From: Octopus sinensis | Taxonomy: Eukaryota | DNA: 64,000 bases | Assembly: GCF_006345805.1 (NCBI RefSeq) | Contig: NC_043006.1 | Location: 100,130,001 to 100,194,000, forward strand | Direction of reading: 5' to 3' | Part shown: piece after piece, positions 38,775 through 51,149 of the stretch | Layout of the letters: the number at the start of each line of letters is the position of its first letter | Numbering within the stretch: position 1 is the stretch's first letter | Made by a program: the position numbers and the translations under genes | Notes under the pieces: model-generated | Database searches by the model: none | What the model was told of the DNA's origin: nothing | The model's input: only the letters and a program-made list of their open reading frames with translations

Positions 38775-39920
38775 TATATAATATATATTTATATATTATA
38801 TTGCGTATTTGTGTGAATAAAATCGTTTTTCTTAGGAATAGAAAAAAGTCTATCTATATTTCTTCTTTTGCTGGTGTCTCAAGTTTAGATTAAATCAGTC
38901 TTTCTCAAAGGGACGGTCGGACATTTTTTTGAGAAAATTTGGTTGAAATGTTTTACAACTCAGCACCGTCCATATATATATGAATTAGTGGGTTTTAATG
39001 GATCTGATGGTGAAATTGATGCAGTTGTTGTCCCTTACAGCTTTAACTGAGCTCATCCTGCCAGAAACATGTGGATTACATCTGAGAAGTGGAAGATTGA
39101 TGTCTATTGCATTATTCTGGTGTTCTTCCTAAATCACTGAATATTACACGCCAGTAATGTCGAAATAAGTGTCATGTGTGTGGTATTGTTAAAGTGGGTA
39201 TGCTACAAGAGGAACCACTTAATACAATTACAGAGAGCAAACAGGAGAAATAACCCGTAACCGGTCTTTTGATGTGTTCATCAAGAACACTGTGTAAGAA
39301 AAATTTTATTTGGTGAGTATTATTTCCGTTTTGCTTCTATCTAGAAATCAAAGAAAATGCCTACTGTTCCCTTCAAATTTTGCTCTCCTTGCCTGGACAT
39401 CATTGTTTTGAAACAGTTCTGTTTTCAATTACATTTCAAAGATGAAGTGCTGAGTTCCTGCAACAGAAATATCGTTATACCAAATATTCTGCTCAAACCC
39501 ACCACAGATTTGCTAGACCCTAACCTCTCCAGCATGTTCCTTAGTGGAAACATGTGCATCCCTGATCATGAGCAGTAGATGGGATGCAGGGTGAAGAGGC
39601 ATCATGGTCATGAGAGATTCTTTAGGGCTTGAACAAGGGCAATGCTTGAAGGAACTATCAGCCATTTTTCATACTTTCTAGTGGTAATCAAATAGGAAAT
39701 AGTAGATGCTACCCAAATATATAAGTCATATTATACATAGTGATTTGTCGGTCATTAACTGCCAATTGACTGAAGTGTTTTGGTCAGTGAAAGTTTAACA
39801 CAGTGTGACAACTGGGGGTTACCTCTGAAGTATATATCCTGCAGCAGAGAAGCAGGCATGCGATTTATGTTCTAATAAGTAATTTACAGAACGGTACTTA
39901 TGCTATTCATTTACCACAGT

Positions 39921-40142
39921 TATTTGACTGTGGCCATGCTGGAGCACTGCCTTTAGTCGAGCGAATCGACCCCAGGACCTATTCTTTGTAAGCTTATTAC
40001 TTACTATATAGGTCATTGTGCCGAACCGTTAAGTTACGGGGTAAGTAAACACATCAGCATTGGCCGTCAAGCGATGTTGGGGGCACAAACACAGACACAA
40101 AAACGTATACACACACATGAATATATGTATATATATATATAT

Positions 40143-40216
<74 letters not shown>

Positions 40217-40217
40217 T

Positions 40218-40251
<34 letters not shown>

Positions 40252-40414
40252 ATACGAAGGGCTTCCTTCAGTTTTGTCTACCAAATCCACTCACAAGGCT
40301 TTGGTCGGTCTGAGGCTATAGTAGAAGGCTCTTGCCAAGGTGCCACGCTGTGGGACTGAACCTGAGACCATGTAGTTTGTAAACAAGCTACATACCACAA
40401 AGCCACTCCTACGC
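39921..40414 (-). mobile_element. SINE family A, older copy with expanded (TA)n linker
   Basis: Colinear with the family consensus. Confidence 0.8.
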
Positions 40415-41126
40415 ATATATTTTTCTAACTGGATATTTATGTTTTTAGAGCATAAGTGCGGTTTATTTTATAGATATGAGTCCATCAGATCAAATAAGCA
40501 CGTTTTCCTTAATTCTAAATCATTAGTCGGTAAAAGGAATCTATCTACCACACAGTAATAAGAATTCAGACGTTTATTCAAAAATGGATCATGTAATATT
40601 ATATTGAAAAAAAATTGCTAAGTTAAGTTCAAAGACGTTCAGCGAAAGCAGTAGTATATGGGCAACAAAAGAACGGAATCGGCAGAAATGAGAAAAATAG
40701 GAGATAATTATGGTATAAAAATCTAAAATACAAAATATGAAGGACAATGTAACTTGTAGAAAATTGAAATGTATTAAATTCATTTCAATCTAAATTTTGC
40801 CTCCAGTCATAATTAATAAGATATATATATTTTTAAACATATATGAGACAGTTATTTGATTATTAGTTTTATATATTTATTGTGTATTTTAATAAAAAAA
40901 CAGTTAGAAAAAGTTGAATAGCGCTCAACAAATAGTTTAGATATAGGTTAATGTAAAAGAGAAATTAGAAACATTTTCAAGGAAGTTTGCGAAGTAATGT
41001 TATGGTTTTGCCTATCCTTGTAGTATTTAACCTCGTCTTTCATAAAGAATATACAAATTGATCTTTATATGCTGGTGTGGCAGTTCTGCCATGATGTACA
41101 TACACAGATACACACACACTCACATT

Positions 41127-41185
<59 letters not shown>

Positions 41186-41629
41186 ATCAAAATAAGCAAC
41201 AAGCATATCCAGATATAATGCAGTACAATCGTTTCAAGCAACTCTATTTAATTAAGCAATGCAATCATTACTTCAATTTAAAATGCAGAGCAATCCTCAG
41301 CTGCACAAAAACATAGAATTTAATTAAATTAGAACAGATGGACACATTACTATGCTTATACCTAAAATGTTCAAGAAGTTAAGGAGATATGCTGGAGTGG
41401 GGACAGCATGTTCCTTGTCTATCTCCTTAACTTCTTGGAGATTTTAGGTATAACTATACTAAGGTGTTCTTGTGTTCTGATTTAGTTAAATTCAATGACT
41501 TTGCTTTGTGCACCTGAGGATTGCTCTGCATTTTAAATTGATGCAATGATTGCATTGTTTAATTAAATGGAATTGCATGAAACGATCGCCCTGAATTACC
41601 TTTCGATATACTTGTTGCTTATTTTGATA
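41186..41629. repeat. Diverged foldback, about 200-bp arms, in (TA)n
   Basis: ATCAAAATAAGCAACAAG/CTTGTTGCTTATTTTGAT ends; inner AAGAAGTTAAGGAGATA/TATCTCCTTAACTTCTT. Confidence 0.75.
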
Positions 41630-41759
41630 TTAATCACGTTACTATGTGATTTTAGTACGGTATTATTGTATGGATAATACCGTACTAAATTCTGGTGCCT
41701 CAACTTAAGTACCATATCCATCTGAATATAAATTTTTGCTGAACTCATCTACCATACCA

Positions 41760-41815
<56 letters not shown>

Positions 41816-42430
41816 TATATATATCTATGTATATGTATATATGTACAAAATACAAAGTTATATCTTGAGATCGATAGTGACAACTACACTCAAAACATGT
41901 AACAGAGAGGAATAGTAGTGCTCAAATGAGCTGTATACACTTATTAATCCGAGAGAAGGCAATGTGAGCAGCAACTAATCCACAGAAAGATCAAGCACAT
42001 ACATATATTCATATATTCATTTATATCTATAGAACAGATATAAAGACCAACGTTTAAAAATATAGTAATACATAAATATATAAACATCATATAAAAACAT
42101 ATAAATATATAAGAATCAACGTTGCATATATAACATATTGAATGTACGCTTAAAATCGTAAAACATTTTGTATAAATTTGTTAAATGAAAAGTTTTGGGT
42201 AATAAAACATACAAAGACATTATAATGACGTATTAAAATGGCAGAGAAAAATACAGAGAAGATAAATATACAAATTTACAAAACTACAAAAATGTTCATC
42301 TATTAAACATATCATATATTTGGAATTGACACTCCCTTCGTCAGGATGTTTTTTACACACAACACCTAGTACTCGAAAACAAATGCACAATGTTTATATG
42401 TATGTATGTATGCATGTATGTTTGTATGTA

Positions 42431-42740
42431 TTGGAATTTCAACATCAGCAGGGTATTTTTGTATGTATGTGTATATAAGTGCAGATTTGTGTTAATTACG
42501 TATTCCTATGCACATGCTTCCATCTCTAGACATGCTTACATATACTTAAATGATAAACCTCTGCAAAGTTTTACAGACTTTTACAGTTCCAGTGATGGCA
42601 TGGATCTGTAGTCTCCAAATCAACTTTCTCCTTTCTGTCGTTCAGAAACCTAATTTCTCAAGATTGGCATTTAGGCAGTATGTTGCATATCGCACTGTAC
42701 GAATAATTACACGTATAAACCTGAACGTATAATCTGTAAG
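42431..42740 (-). mobile_element. R4-like LINE 3' end, second family
   Basis: Minus frame RFIRVII...LEKLGF*...ITGTVKVCKTL; homologous to 42908-43290; flanked by (TATG)n. Confidence 0.7.
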
Positions 42741-42907
42741 TATGTATGTATGTATGTATCAATGTATGTATGTATGTATGTATGTATGTATGTATGTATG
42801 TATGTATGTATGTAGGTAGGTAGTTAGGTAGGTCATCATTCATTTTATTTCAAGATTTCTTGCCAATAGAGAAAGAACCGGTTTCTAAACCTAGATTGAA
42901 GGTTACA

Positions 42908-44004
42908 TTGGAATTTCAACATCAAAAACAGTGTATTTTTGTTTCTATGTATGTATGTATGTATGTATGTTTGTATGTATGTATGTATGTATGTATGTAT
43001 GTATGTATGTATGTATGTATGTATGTATGTATGTATGTATGTGTGTATGTATGTGCAGATTTGTATGGTTTATGTATGAATTCTCATGCATATAATTGCA
43101 TATCTAAGCATGCTCATATTTATTTAAACGGTAAACTTCTGGAAAGTTTTATAGATTGGATTGGATCTATAGTCTTCGAATTAGCTGTCTCCTTTCTGGT
43201 TTTGAGAAGCCTAATTTCTCAAGTGTAGTATTTAGGCAGTGTGTTACATATCCCAGGGCTCCAATAATTTCAGGTATAAACCTGAACTTGTAATCTATAT
43301 AGAGTAACTGCAGTTTCCTCGATAGTTCAGCACAGGAGTCCTACTTTTCACTGATTTTCAGTTTTATGTTAACATCCGCTGGGCAGCTAATTTCTACATC
43401 AGTCCACAGTTTCTCTTTTCTGTCTCAAATCATTATATCAGGACTGTTGTGATTATATTTTGTTGAGGTTTTCACTGGTACATTCCACCAGAATTCCTTG
43501 GTATTATAAGTGGCTATAGTTTCTACCATGTTGTGGGTTCTTAATTCTTTGTCACCTAGATTATCCTTCTGACGGATTTCATTATACAGTGTCCTATCTA
43601 CAACGTCTGTCTCATCGGCAGATTATAGCGTGTTGACATTTTCGGACAACTACTTATCGTGTGGGTGATATCTTCAGCGTAAACTCCAGAAAGCCTGCAT
43701 CGCTTGTCACATTTCATGGCTTTTCCTGCATCGCTATCCCTTTTGTATATCAAGTATTTGGTTGATATTTCCTGTTCCCGGATTACAAACGCATACCCAT
43801 CAAAGTGAGAGGTAGTAATCCGGCTATTGGTCCATGATAAACTGCTCTGATGATCATCACGGAGCTTTCTATTAACATATCCATGCATAGTCTTCTGCTC
43901 GTATAGGCTCGTGTTTTTATCTGATGATACGTTGCGATAGACTTGTGCGACTTCTTTCGGCATGCATTTTAGGTTATCAGACAAAAAGCGTTGCTCAAGG
44001 AGCT
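42908..44004 (-). mobile_element. R4-like LINE, 5'-truncated (zinc finger, RLE and 3' UTR)
   Basis: CRLSG...HTISSC; EFWWNVPVKT...SPDIMI*D...VEISCP.D.N; IIGALG. Confidence 0.8.
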
Positions 44005-44062
44005 GTATGTATGTATGTATGTATGTATGTATGTATGTATGTATGTATGTATGTATGTTATG

Positions 44063-44626
44063 TCAGGTCACTTTCGAGTGCTACTGGTAACATGTAACCC
44101 AGTACAAACTGTTGCATGGTCGGGCTGTCGGCGACTAAACCGGCAACCCCACCAAGCTTGCTTGGTGAGGAGGGTGTTTATTGGACACCCTGCGGGATGA
44201 AAAACAAAACCCGTCAAAGAGCAGAGGAACTCTTGAGAGTCAACGGCCATCCAATAAATGTTTTAAGGCTGTATCATGCGCGGGGACGTGGAAATAATCG
44301 GACTGAATACCCGATCGCGCAGTTAAACCATTGGGAGTGAAGGATTCCTTGCCTTAGGACATCCTTCTAGGAGAAGGTAACTGGGATAACTCCGACATAA
44401 AACCTGCGGCTCAGTGGTTACCGATGATGTTGACTCGTTCTTCTTTTCTGATTATGGCTGGTGTTCCTTAGTGAGTGGGATTGACTCAGTGCACAGCCTT
44501 TCCTCACTTTAAAAAACAATCTTCTTGCACAGGCATTGAGCGATAACAGCATTGATTAAGCTTCGTGCAATGGCCATCCTCGATAATGAGGGGGCAGCCG
44601 CCATGTATGTATGTATGTATGTATGT
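44063..44626 (+). mobile_element. Bipartite RTE-derived non-autonomous element (5' UTR plus 3' end plus (GTAT)n)
   Basis: RTE 5' UTR-like CTAGGAGAAGGTAACT...AAACC; last 49 bp (44556-44604) match the RTE 3' UTR at 45098-45146. Confidence 0.7.
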
Positions 44627-45230
44627 TTCAGGAGAGATGCAAGAATAGCTATTGATCGTAGCAGGTGGAGAAGGATTGTGCATGAGGGGACAGCCACTTT
44701 TGAGAAATCTCGAGTTGCACATGAGAAAGTAAGGAGGGATGTCAGGAAGGGCACCGCTGTTACACTTCCTTTGATGCTGACATGCGATGTATGTGCAAGA
44801 CTCTGCCTCAGTAAAGCTGGACTCATGAGTCATCTTCGTAGTCATAAAGCGAGACAGATGAGTGACAACCTGGCCACTGATGGTGGTGTAACGCACCATA
44901 CTAATCATATCTGTCGGGCATGTGGAAGAGAGTGTAATTCGGCAGGAAGACTTAAACGAGATGCAAAGGTACATGAAGCCCAGTTACAACGACAGCCAGC
45001 TATTACCGGTAGAGGTTTTAGTTGCCAATTTTGTACGAGACGTTGTAGATCTTTAGCTGGGCTAAAAAGTCACATTCGATCACAGCACCAGTAACAGTTA
45101 AGCTTCGTGCAATGACCATACTCGATAACGAGGGGGCAGCCATAATGTATGTATGTATGTATGTATGTATGTATGTATGTATTATGTATGTATGTATGTA
45201 TGTATGTATGTATGTTTGTAAGTATGTATG
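44627..45230 (+). mobile_element. RTE-clade LINE 3' end with three C2H2-type zinc fingers and (GTAT)n tail
   Basis: IAIDRSRWRRIVHEG...FE; CDVCARLCLSKAGLMSHLRSH, CRACGREC..., CQFCTRRCRSLAGLKSHIRSQH*. Confidence 0.85.
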
Positions 45231-46253
45231 TGACTTCGTGCAGTTATATATTTTAACTTTATCTCATATTAGGAATCATCCACTTCACTTACTGCGTTGA
45301 CTATCCTAAAATCGGTCGTGTTCACGGGGCATTTAGGACATATGTTGCTTTATGACTTTAGATTGACAGTAATACGGCAAAAACAATCCAAAATATGCAT
45401 GGTGTTTGTGGAAAAGTTTGTTTAAATGAAAGTACTACTTGGAGAATTTTGCAAAGATTGAACGAGTAATTGGGGCTCTACGGGAAGGTAGTTTACCATA
45501 GCATAAGGTAGAATTACTCTTCTCCGCTTCTTATAAAAATATCGCGGTTATGTGTACAGAATTTGCTGAGAAATTAAAGAGAGGTCGTTGAGCAATTACT
45601 TCTTAACTGTATGAGTTTGAAATGGCGTCAAATTTAATAAAATTCAATCATTATAAGTTGAAAGACAAAATCTCAATAGGTGTGGACATCTGCAATTATG
45701 GACAGATCCTGACAAATGATGGAAAATGGATCATTTAAGATATTGTTAAACGCTTACCCAAAACAATCCAAAAAGAGACATCTGTCTAAGAAAAGTACTG
45801 TTTTGTGTCTGACGGGATTGTGTTGGCGCGATCCGTTTCTAGCTGATAACAGGTGACGAAACAATCAATGGTAGTAACAACATTCAAACACTGCTTTCAT
45901 TTTTTCTTCCAAATAATTAGTAATTTTAAATTTACTATAGGTTGTTTCAGAAAGTTAATTGAGATTAGATTTCGGCGTATTTTTACTGAAAATGAAGTCT
46001 ACTTCATTTTCTAACGCGAAAATAATTTGAAAAGAAATTGAAAATAAATCTCATCTAAAATATAATTTCGTTCTTATCACTAAAAATCAGTTGGCTTTTG
46101 GTTTTTATGTATTTCTCTAATTTTCTATGAATATGCATTCCTACGAAGGTTTTACGATCATAGATTTTTCAACCAATTCCTTTCCTAGCAATTATACTTT
46201 CGACGAATGGATTTCCTTTATGAATGATCCGAGTCCTAGGTGCATATATATAC

Positions 46254-46314
<61 letters not shown>

Positions 46315-46334
46315 CACATACATACATACATACA

Positions 46335-46396
<62 letters not shown>

Positions 46397-46463
46397 CATA
46401 CATACATACATACATATAAATATATATCAGGGATGTATGCGTGCGTTTTTATGTATGCATGTA

Positions 46464-46595
<132 letters not shown>

Positions 46596-46839
46596 TGTCT
46601 GTGTGTGTAATAGTTATCATATTTTAATTCTCAGAGATCCTGACATAATTTGCCCCGGTCAATTCCGTGAGAGCGAACAGCAAAATGATTGTCTCACGGG
46701 GTCTCACAGGGTCTCTCTCCATGATATTTAACATCCAGCTACCATTTTGTGTAGGGAGAAGAGGGAGCGAGAGGAAGTATGAGCGAGGTATGAATTCGAG
46801 GGGGGGGGGATTATATATACATATAGGGTTAAAAGTTAT

Positions 46840-47040
46840 TATTATTATCATTGTTAATATTATCTCTTTATCGAAGGTTTTGTTGGAGCTCTTTGAGTTT
46901 TGCATGCGTAGTGGGCTTACTACCTGCAGCCTACGGTATCCTTCTATTCGTTCTTTTTAGCGATCTCATGCTTTCTTGATTATTCAGGCCGTGTCAAGGG
47001 GATAGACATTTCCTAACAGTTCTTCTGGACATTCTAGAGC
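46840..47040 (-). mobile_element. Possible R4-like 3' end with TAA tail
   Basis: SRRTVRKCLSP* resembles an R4 C-terminus; followed by UTR and (TAA)n; weak. Confidence 0.3.
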
Positions 47041-47151
47041 CAGTGAATGGACACACGAGAGTCAGTGAATGGCACTGTATCAGGGCATTTATTATTATTA
47101 TTATCATCATCACTACCATCATCATCATCACCACCATCATCATCATCATCG

Positions 47152-47196
<45 letters not shown>

Positions 47197-47214
47197 GTAG
47201 TAGGTAGTATTGAG

Positions 47215-47432
47215 AGCAAAGAAAAAAAATGGAAAACAATGGAACGAGTACAAGGAGGACATGAAGAAAAATTACGCAAAAAGGGACTACATGATGAATT
47301 CCATGTGGCCACGACAGAAGTTGCTGGGGGCAAATAGATGGGATTGACTGCTGAAAGGTACTATAAAATATAGACCGTGAGCGCTATACTGGCAGCGCAG
47401 GACAAAGCTCTGGTCACGAACTGGAGGGTTGA
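47215..47432 (+). mobile_element. Internal R4-like fragment
   Basis: KKGLHDEF...TEVAG...ILAAQDKALVTN parallels KPLYGKY...IIAAQDQCLPT of the 34478 ORF. Confidence 0.55.
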
Positions 47433-47433
47433 C

Positions 47434-47479
<46 letters not shown>

Positions 47480-48115
47480 AGTAGTAGTAGTAGTAATATT
47501 TGTAGTAGTAGAAGTATGTGTAGAAGTAGTAGTATTTGTAGTAGTAGTAGTATTAGTAGCAGTACAGCCCCTGCGAATGCATGCCTTTCATCGACTCTCA
47601 CCTGGTGTTCACAATGATTTCATCACCTTTCGCTCCTTCCAGTGGTTTCAAACTTTATGGATATTATCAGATGATCGACCAAAAATGCAGTTTCTCTCTC
47701 ACCATATTTATTCTCTGTAAACGATGGTGGATTCAGCAATAAAAAACCCTTAACATGCAGCAAAGAGAGCTGTTGCTGCTGGTTTCAGTTAGAACTTCTG
47801 ACACATACCTTATTTTGTTGTGCTGTTACACAGAGGTTTCCTAAAGAACAACCAACCTTTTTCTGCTTGCCAAATCTGCTTAAATTTCATATTTCTGGCG
47901 ACGTTCCTATTCTCTGTCTTTCATAATTCTTTGCATGTCCTGCACTGCATCTTCAATCTATTTCCTTTCCAACGTTCTTCCATCTCAACTGCATTTCATA
48001 CGATCCAATTAAGACACAGGTGACACTATTCGGTGGAAGGCATAAACTGTCGAATCCTATTATCGTCTGTAACGTCACATAATGATGCCAACATTAATAT
48101 GACAGCAGGCTTTTC

Positions 48116-48305
48116 CGCTACACAAAGCTAATTTTTTCCGGTAGCACTATGCAAAAAGTGAATGTATTACACACACATACACACAAATATATATATACAG
48201 ACATACATACTTACACACAGATATACAGACATGGGCACTAATGTGTACATGTGTGTATGTATCTATTTGCATAGTGCTACTGGAAAACTTTAGCTTTCTG
48301 TAGCG
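48116..48305. mobile_element. MITE-like element with about 40-bp inverted ends
   Basis: CGCTACACAAAGCTAA...GTAGCACTATGCAAA and TTTGCATAGTGCTAC...TTAGCTTTCTGTAGCG. Confidence 0.55.
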
Positions 48306-48461
48306 TCACATGTAAAGGAAATGTTGAATTTAAAAGTTGAAGTGAATCTAACGGTTTTTTGTGTGTTTTTAAATGTCTTATAAACACCTCCAGGCTGCAC
48401 TTGTTTTTGTTTCAGCAGACGATCTCAGATCAAGTCACTTCCTGTGCAGTACATCTCCGTA

Positions 48462-48499
<38 letters not shown>

Positions 48500-48650
48500 T
48501 ATATATGTGAAATAGAAGATGAATAATTTGTAGTAGATTAATCAACAGTTTAAACGATACCTTAGTAGCAAAAATCACAGCAGTAAACAGCACGGTTGGA
48601 GGTACAACCATCTGGCGTTGCAACCGTGCGTTGGTGCGGATAATTGAAAT

Positions 48651-50228
48651 TAAAACATTATTGGTGAATTGAAGAAATGGAGCTGAACGCAGATTGAACA
48701 GAAATCGTTTTATTTCATTCTACACGTGTTCGAAAGGCACAAATTACCAAAATCCGATTGAATAATGGGACCTATTGTGTCTTTCTCTTCAGGAAGAAAA
48801 AAGGAAATCCGTTGCGAAAAACAAAAACAGAACAGAGGCGGAGCAAACAAACAAATCGAACTGTGCTCCTAAGAGCCCATGGCGAAATGTTATCAGTGTA
48901 TGTTGAGAACCGGTGGCTGAAGAATTCAACGGGTCAGGCATCGGTCAATCATGTGGGTGAGGGTGTATAGATGTTCTTTGTGACCGAGAAATAAAGTTCT
49001 GACTATTTAAAGAATATTGGATGTTTTATAAGTGGCGAGAAAAATCTACTTAGAGACGTGTGTGTGTATACTGTTCTATATATGTGTGTGTTGGCGTAGG
49101 GGTAGAAAACATTTTTGTGTACGTGTGTGCGTTGATCGTTCGGCTGTCAGTGGCTACTGCCGTGATAACGTTGGGTGGCAGAAAGAAAAAAATAAAAAAA
49201 TTATATATATAATATGGCGCTTGTTCTGGGACGTGAACAAGCGCCAGACAACGGACTCAGTAAGCTAATATGGCGGTGAAGGATGCGAACTAAGCTATAG
49301 GCTGGAATGGTCAATTTTGTCGGTGTGCCCTCCCATTTGATAGGGGCAGAAGACAGTGCAACCTTTGTGTCTCCGAACTCTTCCATATTTTGTTGCCGGA
49401 GGCCGGATGGTAAACGGGCTCTACAGTCGGCTTTTCGATGCCCCCATTGGCGGCGTTACACTTATCTGGCCTTTAAATAGCGTTTATAATAATACCGGCA
49501 CCCATAGCCTTGGTAACAAATTCTGAAATAGCTTTAAGATATCTACGATTGACCACTGCAAGGGGAATTAACCCTGTAAGACAAACGGGGCTTGGTTTTT
49601 TCACAGCGGGGGTTTTTCCTACAAGGTAGGCTTAGTGAACACACACACACATAAAACATAATATATATATATATAATTTTTTTATTTTTTCTTTCTGCCA
49701 CCCAACGGTTATCACGGCTAGCCACTGACAGCGAACGATCAAACGCACACACGTACACAAAAAATGTTTTCTACTCCCTACGCCAACACCACATATATAG
49801 AAACAGTATACACACACACACGTCTCTAAGTAGATTTTTTCTCGCCACTTAGAAAACATCCATATTCTTTAATAGTCATAGAACTTTATTCTCGGCACAA
49901 AGAACATTCTATACACCCTCACCCACATGATTGACCGATGCTGACCCGTTGAATTCTTAAGCCCCGGTTCTCAACATAACACTGATAAACAGTTTCGCCA
50001 TGGGCTCTTAGGAGCACAGTTCGATTTGTTTTTTGCTCCGCCTCTGTTCTGGTTTTTGTTTTTCCAACGGATTTCCTTCTTTTTTCCTGAAGAGAAGACA
50101 CAATATGGTCCCTTATTCAATCGGATTTTGGTAATTTGTGCCTGTCGAAACACGTGTAGAATGAAATAAAACGATTTCTGTTCAATCTGCGTATCACTCC
50201 ATTGCTTCAATTCACCAATAATGTTTTA
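48651..50228 (+). mobile_element. 5'-truncated PLE with inverted pseudo-LTR (about 560-bp arms)
   Basis: Arms 48651-49211 and 49661-50228; the spacer encodes a frameshifted GIY-YIG C-terminus GLSKLIW...LEWSILSVCP.FDRGRRQCNLCVSELFHIL; HHR in each arm. Confidence 0.85.
50084..50161 (+). ncRNA. Type I hammerhead ribozyme, intact core
   Basis: TTC/GAA stem I, CTGAAGA (50087-50093), G-C-closed stem II, GAAA-C-ACGT-G-TA. Confidence 0.6.
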
Positions 50229-50345
50229 TATATATTATATATATATAATATATATAATATATATCTATATAATAAAATATTAGGGAATAAATCCAAATTT
50301 ACAGGGAAAAGTCAGATTTAGGACTGAATCCAATTTTATAGTAAA

Positions 50346-50688
50346 ATATTATATAATAATAATTAGAGACAAAACCACTATTATGCAAATCAAACAAAGA
50401 AATACTTAATCCAATACATAAAACATTTTATATAAATTAAATAAAATTAAATTCGCCACTACAATTGTTTCGTGTCTCTTCTAAGGACATTCATCAGGTG
50501 GTATTCAGATCTATTCAATTTAAGTTATGAATACCACCTGATGAATGTCCTTAGAAGAGACACGAACAATTGTAGTGGCGAATTTTAATTTTATTTAATT
50601 TATATAAAAATTTTTATGTATTGGATTAAGTCTTTCTTTGTTTGATTGCATAATAGTGATTTTGTCTCTAATTAATATTATATAATAA

Positions 50689-50690
<2 letters not shown>
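50346..50690. repeat. PLE-type palindrome, about 160-bp arms, 20-nt loop, HHR in each arm
   Basis: Arms meet at 50507/50528; CCAC-CTGATGA...GAA(A)CAATTGTA-GTGG in both. Confidence 0.9.
50456..50501 (-). ncRNA. Minimal type I hammerhead ribozyme
   Basis: CCAC/GTGG stem I, CTGATGA, TGTC/GACA stem II (closing pair A-C), GAAA-C-AATT-G-TA. Confidence 0.55.
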
Positions 50691-50726
<36 letters not shown>

Positions 50727-50729
<3 letters not shown>

Positions 50730-51074
50730 CGCACGAGTGGCTGTGTGGTAACTAGATTGCTTACCAACCACAAGACTCCGAGTTCAGTGCTATTGCGTAA
50801 CACCTTGGGCAAGTGTCTTCTACTATAGCCTCTGGCTGACCAGAGCCTTGTGAGTAGATTTTGTAGACGGAAACTGAAAGAATCCCGTCGTATATATATA
50901 TATATACGAATCCAATTTCTCTGTCCTCCCTTCTCGGGATCTTTCCTTCTCCTATGTTTCCGACGAAGAGCTCCGCTCGAAACGTTAAACCCTCCTTCTT
51001 CCCTTCTTTCCTGAGCGTCCAATAATACTATATTTGTTCCACGTCCTCGCGTTGTTGTGTTTTCTTGTTTGGAT

Positions 51075-51149
<75 letters not shown>

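Noticed and set aside
49201-49386. 61-aa minus ORF as captured viral or cargo gene between inverted repeats
   Set aside because: The opposite strand encodes a frameshifted PLE GIY-YIG C-terminus, which explains the spacer
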